Assembly (NCBI GenBank): GCA_943704425.1
Contig: CALSCP010000894.1
Coordinates: forward strand, 52,671-116,670
DNA: 64,000 nt
Direction: 5' to 3'
Source: Ministeria vibrans ATCC 50519
Taxonomy: Eukaryota; Protista; Filasterea
The position numbers were made by a program, and so were the translations under genes. The notes under the pieces were generated by a model that worked only from the letters and a program-made list of their open reading frames with translations, did not search any database and was not told where the DNA came from. The first letter of the stretch is position 1; each line of letters starts with the position of its first letter. Shown here one piece after another: positions 1 to 15,909 of this stretch.

Positions 1-684
1 CGGCGACGGCACAAGGAAAAAAAGCCACTGGACCACGGACTGGACCAGGTGGAGATGTATGGGTACCGGGGAAGCATCAGCCACTCTGCGGGTCTGGCGG
101 GCGGTGCGGGCATAGAAGCGAGTCGAGCGCGCCATCAGAGCACACGCAAACTGCCACCGGCACCTGCGGGTGGGCTGCCGGGGGCTGGAGGACCGCCACC
201 TGAGCCGACGCTGACGCCTGCGGAACTGCGCCAGCAGACGATGGACCGACTGTTTGTGGACCAGGACCTGGTGTACCGTGAGGCGGCTACCAGTCCTCTG
301 GGCTCGATTCCTTCGACAAACGACTTGGAGATGCGCGAGGGCGGTGAGGGTGTCGCTGCTAGTGCCCATCGAGCGCCCAGTCGCGAAGGCACTCTGAGCA
401 CACGAGAGGACGCGAGTCTCTATGAGTTTGAGCGACTGCGCACCAGCACAAGTCACTCGATGCGCTCAGTGCCCGACGACCGCGCGAAGCTAATGAGCGC
501 CGGCGGCATGTCTATGGCGACCCACGACATGCTTAACTACTCGACAACATCTGCTGCAGGTCCCATGGACATGAGTGAGCTGGAATCGGGCGATGAGATG
601 CGCTACGCAGCCGATCGCGAGCGATCAAGGCGTCCCTCGCTGAATCTCGGCCAGAATGTGTCTTATACCGAGGATTATGTCTAA
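1..684 (+). CDS. 3' end of an unknown protein, probably the cytoplasmic tail of a membrane protein (5' part lies outside the window)
   Basis: Frame is open from base 1 (RRRHKEKKPLDHG...), which resembles a basic stop-transfer cluster. The tail is Pro/Ser-rich, has several Tyr motifs and ends in SYTEDYV-TAA. Confidence 0.6.
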   Translation, partial: RRRHKEKKPLDHGLDQVEMYGYRGSISHSAGLAGGAGIEASRARHQSTRKLPPAPAGGLPGAGGPPPEPTLTPAELRQQTMDRLFVDQDLVYREAATSPLGSIPSTNDLEMREGGEGVAASAHRAPSREGTLSTREDASLYEFERLRTSTSHSMRSVPDDRAKLMSAGGMSMATHDMLNYSTTSAAGPMDMSELESGDEMRYAADRERSRRPSLNLGQNVSYTEDYV

Positions 685-1005
685 AAAAAAAGAGAGAGAC
701 GGAAAGAGAGAAAAAAAAAGAAAGATGGGGAGAGAGAGAGAGGGCGAAGTGATGTATCGATTGGATAGAGGAAAGGAAAAATATTATAATACATGAATTT
801 ATTATTCTTTGAACACATTACACTGGTCACTAGACACTAAGGAGATGATTAAAATATCATTACGAGCGAACCTTATAAAATAATAATAATAATTATTATT
901 ATATTAATAATAATTTATTTGATACCATTCCTATAATGATTAATGAATCTTACAATTTTAATTCTACTTTCGCTTCGACACACTCTCCCCATTTTCTCCC
1001 CAGCA

Positions 1006-4000
1006 ATGGTCAACCGGATTGCTGAAGCGTGTCGCCTACTCAATAGCTCGCGACAGGCTGAGCGCAAGGTGTGTGTGTGAGTGTGTGTGTGTGTGAGAGA
1101 GAGACGACAAAACACGTTTCGCTCTCGAACGCGCTATTGCGACCATCCGCGAGTGCAGAGCATGGCAAGCGGGGTGCAGCCATTGAGATCGCCCTCCTCT
1201 AGGACGCTCCCGTTCCTCCCCATCCACTTGTGTGTTTTCGCTCTTGTGTGTTTTGTGTTTTCGCGCCGTTTTATCGCGTTGGATTCAACTGAGCTTCTCC
1301 TCTCCGTTCCTCCCGCTATTTCCGCTTCGTAGAAGGGCTACAAGGAACTGGGAGACGCTCTTAAGTCCGAGGCTGATCGGTGCACGCTCTTCGAAAACAC
1401 TCTGGAGCTGCTCAGCGAGAGTCGCGTCCGAAACACGCCGCGCGTCTCCTGGATCACCGTGGTCGACGCCACGATCAGGTACGATGCAGATGCGCACAAC
1501 AAGATCCTCTCCGCCAAAGATGCGCTGGGAGCACGCAAGGTTCGCTGACAACTCCCCAATTTGAAGTGTCGTCCTGTCTTGTTTATGCGTCTGTCTCTCT
1601 TCTCTTTGCTGCTGTAGACGGCCGCCGAAGCCGGCAAACTCTTGATGGACGCGCTGGACAGGCTTATGAAGGCGGATCCGGTGGGTGTGCGCCTTCTGTG
1701 TGCGCGCTTTGGGCGAAGCGATTCGCGGTCGCTTCTGGTCGATGTTCTCGTGCATATCAGCGAAATGCTTCGCACACCAACTCTGCACCAATCTTGTGTG
1801 GGCAGCTACTGCGACATTATTAAGTTGTTTATGACGAATCGCGTGTGTGCATCTCAAAACCTACTGACAGATGCGGAGCCGACACGCGCTGGCAAGACAA
1901 AGCCTGCGCCTCTCACAGTTACGTCGCTCACCCTCGACTTGACGCTTAGTCTTCAGAAGAGATTTTGCCATATTCAGAAGTCAGAAATGTCATCAGTATC
2001 GTCTATGCCCGACGATGGTGTCTTTGTATTGCCGCGCATTGCGTCTGCCCTGCTTGCGCTTGTCCTCTCCGACAGCGTCAACCTCGAGCCTCTCACCGTC
2101 GACCTGCTCGACTTTGTGTGTGGGGCACTTGAAACGCGTAGTTCGACACAGTGTCGCGGGGCACTTGAAACGCCTAGTTTGACACAGTGTCGCGGGTACC
2201 TCGTCCAAGTTGCGGCGCATCTTGTACGCACCGCAGGTCTCGCGCATGTGTCATCGCTCGTATCTTTTGTCCGCGACATTCTCCCGCATCTGTTGCACAT
2301 CTTGTCGCAACGCAAACCCGCTGGACACACTGAGGCTGTTCAGTTGCTGCGCGCTCTCATGGCCCTTGACTGGCCCCACGACAACGCACCGCTCTTTAGT
2401 GTTCCTCAGCTCGTGAGCCTTCGCGACGTCCTCTTCAAGTACATCGCCGGTGCCAAGGCGCAAAATTTACCCGGCGACGCCAACTACGCCAACGACAACC
2501 TCAAAGCCACCGTGTTCCAGTACCCTCGCTTTGTGTTTGCCGATCTCACCGCTCATGTCATTCAACGTCTTGCCGTGCACGAGCAGCAGCAATGTCTGCC
2601 CCAACGGGATGCAGACATGGACATGGGTGGCACCGACGAGACGGGCGACCTGGGTGGTTCCGCGTTTCAGAGGGCGCGCACTGCCTCTCCCGCATCCACC
2701 TGGTCGTCTCTCTTGGGCGGTATCAATTCGGAAAATGACGCACCGCTCGTACTCTGGCTGCAGACTGCGATCGCCTACCTCGATCATCGTGTGGTGCGGG
2801 TGTCTTCCTTCGCTCACACAATCGCGCATCTCCATTTGAAGCTACTCGAGGAGCTCAAAGCGCGTCTTGAGCGCACTCTCAACGCCGACGTCTCCGCTTG
2901 GCTCTTGCGTGCTCTCACGGCGTTTGCATCGTCTGGCGCCGCTTCAGGTGTCGCGAACAGTCCTCATGCTAGCGCTTTTGCGCTGCTGTGGCGCCAAGTG
3001 TGGCGAGCGGTTGTGTCTCGCTTGCGTATCACTCCGGCCAACTCACAAAGCGTTCCCTTCTCGTGTGACCTTCTCAGACGTCTTCTTGATGAGCGCCGTG
3101 TCGATCGAGATGCGGCTGCCGACTGGCTTCGACGACCCGATGATTTTGTCAATCTCGTGCACGTCTTTTCCAACGGACGGGGCGGTCGTGTTGCGCCTGT
3201 TCTCTTGCTTTTGCGCTCCCTTTTGCAACATCAACTCATCGGAACTCCCAACGACCTTGTGAGTGGTGCCGGTGGGGACCATCACCACTCGTGGCGTCGA
3301 GATCTGCTGGAGAAGCTTCTCGAGAGCGACGCGACCCTCTACTTGGACAATCGCCTGTCGTATGCCTTTGAGCCCACCTCGTCGTGGCTATGTGCCGAGA
3401 CCCTCATGGCGCTAGCCTATCGTGGCGCCACCATTGCCACTGTGCCCATGCTACGCATTCCCGATACGCAGCCGGAGCCACTGCAACGCGACTGGCGCCC
3501 GTCCGAGCGTCAAATTGAACATGATCTGCGTGAACTGTCGGCGCGCGCTCGCCTCGTGGTCTTTGACGAGCCAGTCGACTGTGTCAGGCGTGTTCCCGAT
3601 GCCAGAGCTGCATTTGGGTCCTCCTCGGTCGCGGCGCCCTCGTCTCAGTCGACGGACCATTCTTCCTTTGCTACCCCCTTTGTGCACGAATTTATCGTGA
3701 CTTCCTCCGAGGGTGTCACCCGCTGTGCCGTTGTAACCCCACTTGATCAGCGTCTCTTTTCGCGCCTCAGCACCCTCAGTGAGATGCTTCGACGACAGCT
3801 TGAGTCAGAGAATGACATTGACGGTGGGCCCGCAAACGACTTGCCCAGCCTGGATTTAGTCCGCCAAGCGGTCTTTCTTGTGGCCGTCACATTTAAGACG
3901 CTCTTTTTGCACTCTCGTTTGCGCGTGCGTCAATCTCACGCGACGCTTCGCCGCAGCGCATTCCTCAACGCCGCTCAGTTGTTGCGTACGCTGGCTCGTC

Positions 4001-7000
4001 ATTTATCGACAGGAAATGAGGCGAATCCCGCCTATCGCGTCCTTGTTGAGTGTCTTACGGACGTGGCACTGCTTCAGCACGAGCCTCACTCACTCGCATC
4101 GTGGCATTCACTGATGTATGCACGCCTCCGCTTTGACGCCAACGAAGTCTATCAGGAGTTTTTGCGTGAAGTCGCTCGGTGCGGCTACGAGACGGACGAC
4201 GACGAGGAGGAGGAGGAGGAGGAGGAGGGGGAGGAGGGCACTCGAGCGGATGCGACCCCAAAGCTCACCGTGCTGAGCATGTTTGTGAAGATTCTGAAAC
4301 GTTTCAGGGCGGTCGCTCGCTCCGAGTGGACGCATCTGACCGCTCGTGGGGACTCCCTCAAGTTGCAAGTCTCCTTCTGGTTTGGTGGCAGTGCCGAGCA
4401 GGTGAGTGGTCGAGACTCGCCAGTGCGGTATCTCGCGAGTGACAGCTTTGAGGAAGACGCGTATGTGGGCGACAGTTCGATGGGCGCTGGTGGCAGTGGT
4501 GGCGGTGGTGGTGGTGGAGGAGGAGGCAACCACACAAGTGACAGCATGGGAGTCGCTGCGGGGAATGGCACTGCTCGCGTGGGTCGTGGGGTTCGAGGTG
4601 GTGGTGGTGATGGTGTGCACAATGAAAGCGGTGTGGACGGTCGCGACTTTGATGACGCTCAGCTCGCGCAAGTGATGCCCCTGTCTACACCAGTCACAAT
4701 ATTTCTGCGCAAGTTGCGACTCTTACACGCGTGGTATGGCGTCACGGACGAGGTGGGCGACACGAAAAAGCTTCGTACGAGCATCGAAGATCTCATGTTG
4801 CTGGTGTGTCATCACCGGGAGGCGTCAGAGCCCCAGCTGCTGTTTGAAGTGGCCGCCATGATCTCGCGCTGGCCCAACGCTTGTGATTTTGTGCTTGCCC
4901 GATTCAAGGCGACCGCCAAATACAAGCGATGCGGTGTCGGTCGCTCTCTTGGCTTTCGCATGTCCGTCATGCGTCTGCTAGCGCTTACTGCGCTTTCGCT
5001 GGACGAAATGAGTGGTAATCAGTGCACCTTGCTGGAGGAGGTCCCCGAGCGTGACCGGTTGTTTGACGACAGCTCGTTTGCGAGCCTTCAAATCTTTAAA
5101 GCCCTTCAGCGTGGCCTCGCCCCTTCTTGTCACTGGAAGGTTCAGCTGGAGGCGCTGTCGGCGTGCAGTCGACTCCTTGTTGCCTATCCGCCCGCACAGG
5201 CGCAGCTTCTTGGTGCGACCGACGTGATTTTTGACTTTATGCACTCCACCTCGTTTGTTGTGCGTTTCACGGCTGTCTCCCATGGCCTTCCGACCCTGTT
5301 GGCTCTGGCCCACGAGAATGCGTCTACTCACCACACACTCGCCCGGCTTGACGTGCTCTTTTACTTTCTCTGCGATGTCCTCCAAAATGAGTTGCTCTTT
5401 GTGCGTCGTCTGGACGGCCACATTGGCGACAACAGTGACGATGAAATTGACGACGAGGACGACGTCGATGATGACGGCCAGGATGATGTTGACAGTGATG
5501 ACAACGACGGAGACGACGATGGCAATCAAGCAGAGGCGATGGACACATTGATGAACGACAATCGACATCTCTTTGACTACAAGTTTCGCAGTGGCAAGCG
5601 CAAAGGTTGTCGTCGGCGTCGGCGGCATAGTCGTCACCTCACAACTACTTTTGCGTCGCACGCTTTTGCTCTCCGTGCGCTAGCCGAGTTTTTCAGTGCT
5701 ACAGTGCACACGGGTGGGTTTCGTGGTGACGATGTGCTTTTTTTGATGTGTCGTGAGGCGCACGACTCCCCCAGTGAAGCATCGTTGTGCAGTGCGCCGA
5801 CCTCTTCTCTCGGCCATGTCTCGGCTGCGCTTGATTGGCTCGCATTGCGTGCTGGCTACTTGAATGGCGTTGATTTGGTGGTGCACAGTTTGCCGGCGCT
5901 GATGGAGCGGTGGTACACGAACACGGGTGGGATTGGTGAAGTCGAATTTCCTGCGTCGCTCGCGGGCTGCACGACTCCCGAGACGTTTGTCCAAGCACAC
6001 TGCGCCGCGTTGATCACACCCATTGTGATGCGTTGCGACTGTGATCTGCTCGACAGAGTGACGCTGGCGTGCGAATTCGACTCGGTTGGGACTTTGTTGC
6101 AAGAGCACTTTGGAGTGCTTGTGGCTGCGTGGATACCGTTTCATCAGAGTGACAACGCTGTAGCCAATCGAGTGTTTGAGAAGCTTTTCATTGGGTGTAT
6201 TGGCAAGCATAACTATGGTGGGCTCTTTGCTACACACATCGAGGAGATTGTGGCACGTGTGGTGTACGGTTGTATGCCGGGTCACGAAGAAGTGCGTAAG
6301 CTGGTGATGGCACCGCGGTGGACCAAGGCACCGCAGCAGCATGATAAGCGCGGTGGTTGTTTTGTGCGCGAACCCGACTACCGAGTGGCGAGTACACGGG
6401 AAAATCTGAAACGAGCGTTGGAGAAATGTAATGGGCTTACCGAAAAGGCTACACTGCTGCTCAAAGTGCAACAGTGTGCTCGCGATGCGCGGCGCTCCAA
6501 TGATCGTATGCGTGCGTTGCAGGCGTACCGTGACTGTGTGCAGCGGATACAAAGACCCATGTCATTGTTTGTCATGAGCGATGTACTTGCGACCGCTGTG
6601 CGATTTATGGACGATCTCTGGCTGTATGAGGCTGTCTTGGATCTGCTCGAGGCGGGCTGTGATGCGTTTGTGGCGTGTCACGACGCCTTGCTCAAGCCCG
6701 AACTCATTCACCAGTGGTCCACCCTTATTGCGCTTCTCCGCGCCTACGAGCCGCCCAGTCGTGTTTTGGCTGCGATACGCATCTTTCAACAATCTCACAG
6801 TAGCGGCAGTGGCGCAAGTGACGCGCATTCCGAGTTGTTGTGCAATGCATTGGTGACTGCCTACAATCGCGATGTGGTGAACAGCGACAAAGACCTCCAC
6901 GACCGACTTTTGGTGGCGTTTTATGCGGTGCTCCAGCACGGCGGCACCGCCTGGCTGCTTTGGCGTCGACTGAGCGGTGTTGATGTGGACGTGGACGTGC

Positions 7001-10000
7001 GCAGGCGCTGTGCTGAACGTGCTCATAGGACATTGGCCACGAAAGTTACCGAGCTTGTGGACACCTTTGACATGAGTTTTGACAGTCATGTGGTGTCGGT
7101 GCTCAATTCGGATTACCTTGCGAAGCTAGAGTCGGTGTGGACCGACCTGTCGCCCAAGAGCAAGCGGCCAACGCAGCTGCGTGTGGCCGCTCTCAATGCA
7201 CTGCACGAGTCGCTCATGAATCCGAGCGAAGGTGATGCGTTCAAGCTCAGTGACGACGAAGAGCACGAGGACACGGACGACGATGATGACGATGGGGAGG
7301 GGGGTGGTGAAGGGAGTGACGCGAAAAAGAAGAGGAAGAATCGAGCATCGGCGCTGGTGCGTCTCTTGTTGGATGTGGCAACGAGTCATGCAGATGTGCG
7401 TGTGCGCTCTGCTGCTGGTGAATGCCTCGGTCACATTGGGGTGCGAACAGTGGCACTCGGAGGTGATGAAGTTCTGGATGACAAAGAGTCGCTCACGGCG
7501 CCCATTGCTACCGTGCCCAAGGTGTATCAGGTGGCCCTGGACAACAGCATGAAGCAACGCAACCTGCGGCTTATCGAGGCACTCGACAGCTATGCATTTG
7601 ATCGGGACATTCGCCTTGTTGAGCCGACACTGGTGTGTCTTGCGGCGGTACAGTCACACGAACATTGGCAGGCGGTGATGAAAATCAAGAGTCCCCTCGT
7701 GACTCTGTGGCGTCGACGCTATCAGTGGATGATGAAAAATAACGGGGGAGAAGTCTCTCCGCTTGAGCTTGACGGCCGCAGAGCTTTTACGAGCCACGAC
7801 TGTCTCAATCCCAGTCTGTGGACCACAACAACGGCAGCGACAGGCACAAGCGACGGCGACGAGACGGCGGTGTACGCCCAGTGGGTCTGCCGCTTAGCGT
7901 GCAGCATGATCTGGGGACAATGTCGTGTGGGCGATCGTGTGCTGTTGCGCCTGTTGGGTCCGTTGTGTCGCGAGAGCGCTCCATTTGCACGCACTGTGCT
8001 TCCTTGGCTGGTACACGAGCTCCTGATGAACGCTGTGGACACTGACGAGAAGCCGCTGTGCGCACATGAAGTGCGCCAAAAGTTGACTATTTGCGTGCAG
8101 GCGCTGCTGTCCGCCGATGGTGTGCATTCAGAAATGGTTGCGACCGCCATTGACGTAATTTTGTATCTACGCACCCAACGCCGTCCTGCCTTGGGCGACA
8201 ACCACAACTCCGTTGTTGGTGGCAGCTATGGCAAGAAGAAGCGAGCGGCCGCGACGGGTACGTCGTCGTCGTCGTTTGTGGATGAGACTGGATTCTACAG
8301 CATGTCGGGCTTTGATGACAACTTCTGGCTGGGCCTGGAGAAGAGTCTGGGCCGTGTGGCACGCAGTGCACACGAGACGTGCCGACGACACCACACGGCA
8401 CTGATGTTGGCGGAGCTTGCGTGGTACGAGCGATTTGAGGACGCGCCCACGTCGAGTGCTGTTGCGTCCGACGAGGAGATGCTCGAGCGTCGTGAGCAAC
8501 TTGAGTTGTTCTTGAGCATTTCGCAAAACTTGAGCGATCCGGATTTCTTCTATGGAGTCAATTTGGGCGATGACACACGCACGCTGTTGAACACGTATGA
8601 GCACGAGCGAAAGTGGCGATCCTCTGTGGGACTGTACGACATGCAGTGGCGCGTGGACCGGTCGCAGTCGTCGATGGACCGTGGTGTGGCCAACATGACT
8701 GGTCTGGCGCGTTCGCTGCACCAACTGAGCCACTATGGGCTGCTCGACATGCTCTTGAGTCAGACGTCGTTGGCCGAGTCGTCGTCGTCGTCGGCGGCAC
8801 TGCATGCCCTACAAGCAGAGACGTCGTGGCGTCAGACGATGTGGGAGCCACTGGAGACGGTGGACGGTTCGTTGGTGCACGACGAGACGACTTTGGGTGG
8901 TGGTGGACGACATTTGCTGTCGAACGTTGTATCCTTTCATGAGTCACTTCGACTGGGCTTGGCCTCACTGCGCACACACAATTACGGTGTGTTCCGGGAC
9001 GTGGTGGATCGAGCGCGGCTGTCGGTGGTGAGCGAGCTTGTTGCGTGCGAGCGTCAGTCGTCCAAGGCCACATGTGTGCTGTTGGGTCGGCTGCAGTGTT
9101 TGGTGGAGCTTGACGAAATGTGGGTGTATCGTGAGCAAAGTTTGGCTGCCCCAGGGGGAGGAGAAGGGGGAGGAGAAAGTGGTGGGGGTGATATGGCGTC
9201 GCTCATGGCGTTGGTGGGGCGCTGGGAGGCACGTCTGAGAGGATTGGATGCAGCGGGAGCCGACGATGCGACACTTTTTGATGTGTTCGATGTGATTTAT
9301 TCGTTGCGCACGTGCATGCTTCACGGTCTTGGTAAGGAGGGTATCAACGTGTTGCAGACACAGCTGTTGCTCTTTGCGCAGTCAGCGCGTGGCGCGGGTC
9401 GATACCATTTGGCGAGCAATTGTTTGGGGCGTCTTAAGGCGACGCTTGGCGCAGACTATGAGAAGCGCTACGGGGCGTGTGTATGGGCGCTCAAGCTTGA
9501 AGAGGCGCATCTTTTGTGGGATCAAGGGGAACGGGCTTTTGCCAAGCGCTCGCTCAAGGCTTACTTGCAACTGTACGATCTTGGAAAAGGGTGTACTGAA
9601 GGCGATGGAGGAGGAGGAAGACGAGGAGGAGGTGAGCGACGCGGGCGCACACGCGGACGGGCTGATGATGATGATGGGTGGATTGGAGGTGGAGGCGGAG
9701 GTGGAGGTGGGGGGCCTCGTCAGCTGTCATTGTTTCAGAGCAGTTTTGATTCTGAGCTGGAGTCGAGTGCGTTTGGTGTTGGTATTGGAGGAGGAGGAGG
9801 AGGAGGAGGAGGAGGGTATCTTCGACGAGGGCAGTCGACTGCTGGTGGTACAACTGGTGAACTGGCTGTGCCCATGACAGGATCATTTGGGGACTTTAGT
9901 GTTGACGGTGAGGATGCGGTCGTGCCCAGGCGGTCAGGTCTGACACGACGTGCGACGGATCCGTTTATTGCGTGGGCAAAGGGACTGCGTCTGTGTGCCG

Positions 10001-12526
10001 AGTGGTCTGCGGAGCTTCGCGATGAGTCGCCACATGTGATTATGTCACAATTGGAGCGTGCGGCGCGAGCGGTGCAGGAGGATGCGGAAGAGGATGGCGA
10101 CGAGGAAGGTGACGATGGAGGGGAAGGTGATGGAAAACGAGCGCTTGCGAGTGCTGCGTACCTGGCACTTGCGCGCTACACAGACCGTCACTTTCAGCAG
10201 CTGATTGAACTTGACCAGAGCGAACAGGACACGGAGTTACGCGACCGACTGCAAGCGGAGCAGCGTGAGATTGAGGTGATGAGGAAGCAGAAGGGAATGG
10301 ATGCGACGCGATCGACTGAGCTGCGGAGCCGTTCGAAAGATCTTGCTAATCAGATTGATGGGATGAATGAGCAGAGCAAGCGGGTGCGAGCGGATCGTGA
10401 GCGGTTCCTTAAGGAAGCACTGAAGAGTTACATTAATGTGTTGCGACTGAGTCGTCGTGGTACAAGTGTGAGTGGCTCTGGTGAAGGCGACAGTCCCATG
10501 CTCGCCATGTTGCGACTGTGTTCGCTGTGGCTTGAACATGGCGAGACGCATCCCGGAGCTTTGTCGGCAGTTAAGGAGCGTTTAGGCACGCTGCCTACGC
10601 ATCACTTTTTGCCTCTGATTCATCAGTTGACGGCGCGAATGGGATCAGCCACGACGTGCTTTCAAAAGACGGTGCAAGCGCTTGTACAGCGGGCCGCCGA
10701 AGACCATCCACACCATGTGCTGTTTAACCTGATGGCGTTGGCGGACGCCGAGAAGGAGATGGAGCAGCGTAAGCCGGAGTCGAGGAAGCTGATGTCGAGC
10801 AGTGCATTGTCGAGCAGTGGTGTTGGTGCGCGAGCGGGCAGTGTGGGGCAGGGTACGAGCCAAGACAGTGGGTCGGGGGGTGTGGGGGCGAGTTGCAAGA
10901 GTGAGGCGAGTGCGGTGGCAGCAGAGATGATTGCCAAGGTGGGAGCGGGGCCGCTGGCCGAGCTGGTAGCGCAGCAGCAGGCACTGGCGGACGCGTACTT
11001 TTGGCTGGCGTACCGCTCGAAGCCCAGCCAGGAGTATCCGACGACCACACCCATTCCCATGAAGGCCAGCGATCCTATCATGTCACTGCGCGGCCTCAAA
11101 TTGGTACCGGTGCCCACCAGTCACATTCCTGTGGACCCACAGTGTCGCTACACGAGTCTCGACACGGTGGTCTCCTTCAAACCGACTTTCTGGATTCCAG
11201 GTGGAATCAATGCGCCCAAAGTGGTGGAGTGCATCGGCTCGAGTGGGCGGGTGTACCAGCAGCTTGTCAAGGGGAAGGATGACATGCGCCAAGATGCAGT
11301 CATGCAGCAGGTAAATAATACGCTTTTGATTTGCTATTGTAATATTTTGCCTCGCTTTCTTTTACTTGTCCCTCACTTTTAATGTTTGATCTGCAGGTAG
11401 AATCCCTCTTGCTTTTTTCTTCCATTAATGTTTTTCTTCTTTTTTTGGTTGTTTTTTCTTCTAGGTATTCGGTTTGGTGAACACACTGCTGGAGCAGGAT
11501 GCGGGCACGCGACGACGTGGGCTGCACGTGCGACGGTACCGCGTGGTGCCGTTGACGCGCCGCAGTGGGCTGCTTGAGTGGGTGACCAACACGAAGACAC
11601 TTGGTGACTACCTAGTGGGCAAGACGGTTCGTGGTGTGTGCTTGCAGATGGGGGCGCACAAGCGGTACCGCCCGCGCGACTGGGAGGCGACTGATTGTCG
11701 CAAGAAGATGAAGGACCTGCAAAAGAGCGATGATCGGGCTCAAATTGCGTGTTACCGGGACATAATGGAGCACTTTCGACCGGTGATGCGGCACTTTTTC
11801 TTTGAGATGTTTCCCGATCCAAGTGAGTGGTACCGTCGACGACTGGCGTACACGCGCAGTGTGGCAACGAGCTCGGCTGTGGGCTACATTGTGGGACTGG
11901 GCGATCGTCATGTGAATAACATTTTGATTGACATGCGCACGGCGGAACTGGTGCACATTGATTTGGGCATGGCCTTTGAGCAGGGCAAGCGCCTGCTCTA
12001 CCCGGAGCTGGTGCCCTTCCGGCTGACACGGGACCTTGTGGACGGAATGGGAGTGACGGGTGTCGAAGGGGTGTTTCGCGGGTGCTTTGAACGGACGCTG
12101 CGGCGACTCCGGGAGGATCAGGACCCCCTTTTGACCGTGTTGGATGTATTGCTACACGATCCTATGTACCAGTGGACTCTGACGGCCGACCAGGCGATGA
12201 TTAAGCAGGCTGACGACGATGACAACGAGGGTGTTGAGGAGGTGGAACAGAAGCAAAAGCAAAAGCAGAAGCAGAAGCAGTCGTTGAAAGGATCTGGCGA
12301 GAGTCGTGCAAGCAGTGGAAAAGCGGCGAAGGGTGAGAAGCGTGAGGAGGAGGATCGGCGCAATCCACAGGCAATGCGCGTGTTGCAGCGACTGCGGCAG
12401 AAGTTGCATGGTGTGGAGAATGGCGTTGCACTCAGTGTGGAAGGCCAGACGGCGTACTTGGTCGAGGAGGCACGCAGTGTGAGCAATCTGGCCAAGATTT
12501 TCAATGGTTGGCAGGCATGGTTGTAA
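1006..12526 (+). CDS. ATM: ATM/Tel1 serine-protein kinase (PIKK family), 4 exons: 1006-1068, 1333-1539, 1618-11310, 11465-12526 (~3,670 aa)
   Basis: Exon 1 MVNRIAEACRLLNSSRQAERK matches the ATM TAN motif. Kinase motifs: GGINAPK, KGKDDMRQDAVMQQ|VF, GLLEWV, GLGDRHVNNIL, HIDLG, ELVPFRLTRD. FATC end GWQAWL. All three GT-AG introns are phase-consistent. Confidence 0.95.
2122..2196 (+). repeat. In-frame 36-bp tandem duplication within ATM (GALETRSSTQCR/GALETPSLTQCR)
   Basis: Two adjacent copies of ggggcacttgaaacgc(g/c)tagtt(c/t)gacacagtgtcgc differing at 2 positions. Confidence 0.9.
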
Positions 12527-12536
12527 AAGTATGCTA

Positions 12537-12711
12537 AGAGTTGTGTGTATTACAGTACAGCGAGAGACTTGTTGTGCAAGTGCGTTTGCCAAGTTGAAAA
12601 TGAGTTAGAGTTGTGTGTATTACAGTACAGCGAGAGACTTGTTGTGCAAGTGCGTTCGCTAAGTTGAAAATGAGTTAGAGAGTACAGTGCGAGACTTGTT
12701 GTCCAAGTGCG
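12537..12711. repeat. 70-bp tandem repeat (about 2.5 copies) immediately after the ATM stop codon
   Basis: ttgtgtgtattacagtacagcgagagacttgttgtgcaagtgcg... starts at 12541 and 12611; a degenerate third copy starts near 12681. Confidence 0.9.
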
Positions 12712-13277
12712 CGTGATAGGTTAATGGTCACGCCTTGCTCTGGATTCTGCAAGTCGCTCATCAGCAGATGCTGGGCTGGAGTCGTCTTCTGCGCGTCTTT
12801 TGGTGGGTGGTCGCGGATCAGTGACCATAACAACAGTCTGAAAATGCAAAGGGACCTAATTGAGTGTTTTGCCGGCGCTTTTGGGGCTTCTTCCATACAC
12901 GGTTGTCAATGTTGGTCAGGTTAGTGGCCATTCGGCGGGCCAGCTTGGTGAAGTCTGAAGCAGTGTGCGGCGCAGGAGAGTGAGGAGAGCTCATTTTGAA
13001 GATTGGACTGTTTCAGTTTGGCAATCAATTGACTGGTTGTCGACCTGTGTGATCCGCACCACTCACTTGCCGCTGACCAATAGACGTATTGAAAGAGAAG
13101 GAAAAGTCTGACACCTTGAGACACTTTCCGAGTGTGAAAGAAAGAAAGGAAACGAAGTTTTTTTTTTTTTGAAATGTTATTCATTCCATTTTCCAATTTT
13201 CAAAAGATCTGAGATTCCTCGAGGCGTGTGGGGGACAACAGCGAGGGTGTGTACAGCAGGAGAACAAGAAGGGAGTC

Positions 13278-15748
<2,471 letters not shown>

Positions 15749-15909
15749 GTCTCTTTCTCTCTCTCACACACACAGACACACAACTCAATCTAATTGAACA
15801 GCTAATCTCTTTCTTAAAACAAGGATTATTATTCACTCAATCTGATCTCTCTTTCTCTCTCTCTCTCTCTGTCTTGATTTTTTTCTCTCTGTCTCTCCGT
15901 GTGACACAA

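Noticed and set aside
12537-12711. 70-bp repeats as a CRISPR array or mobile-element end
   Set aside because: The copies are contiguous with no unique spacers, the context is a eukaryotic 3' flank, and there are no cas or transposase genes.
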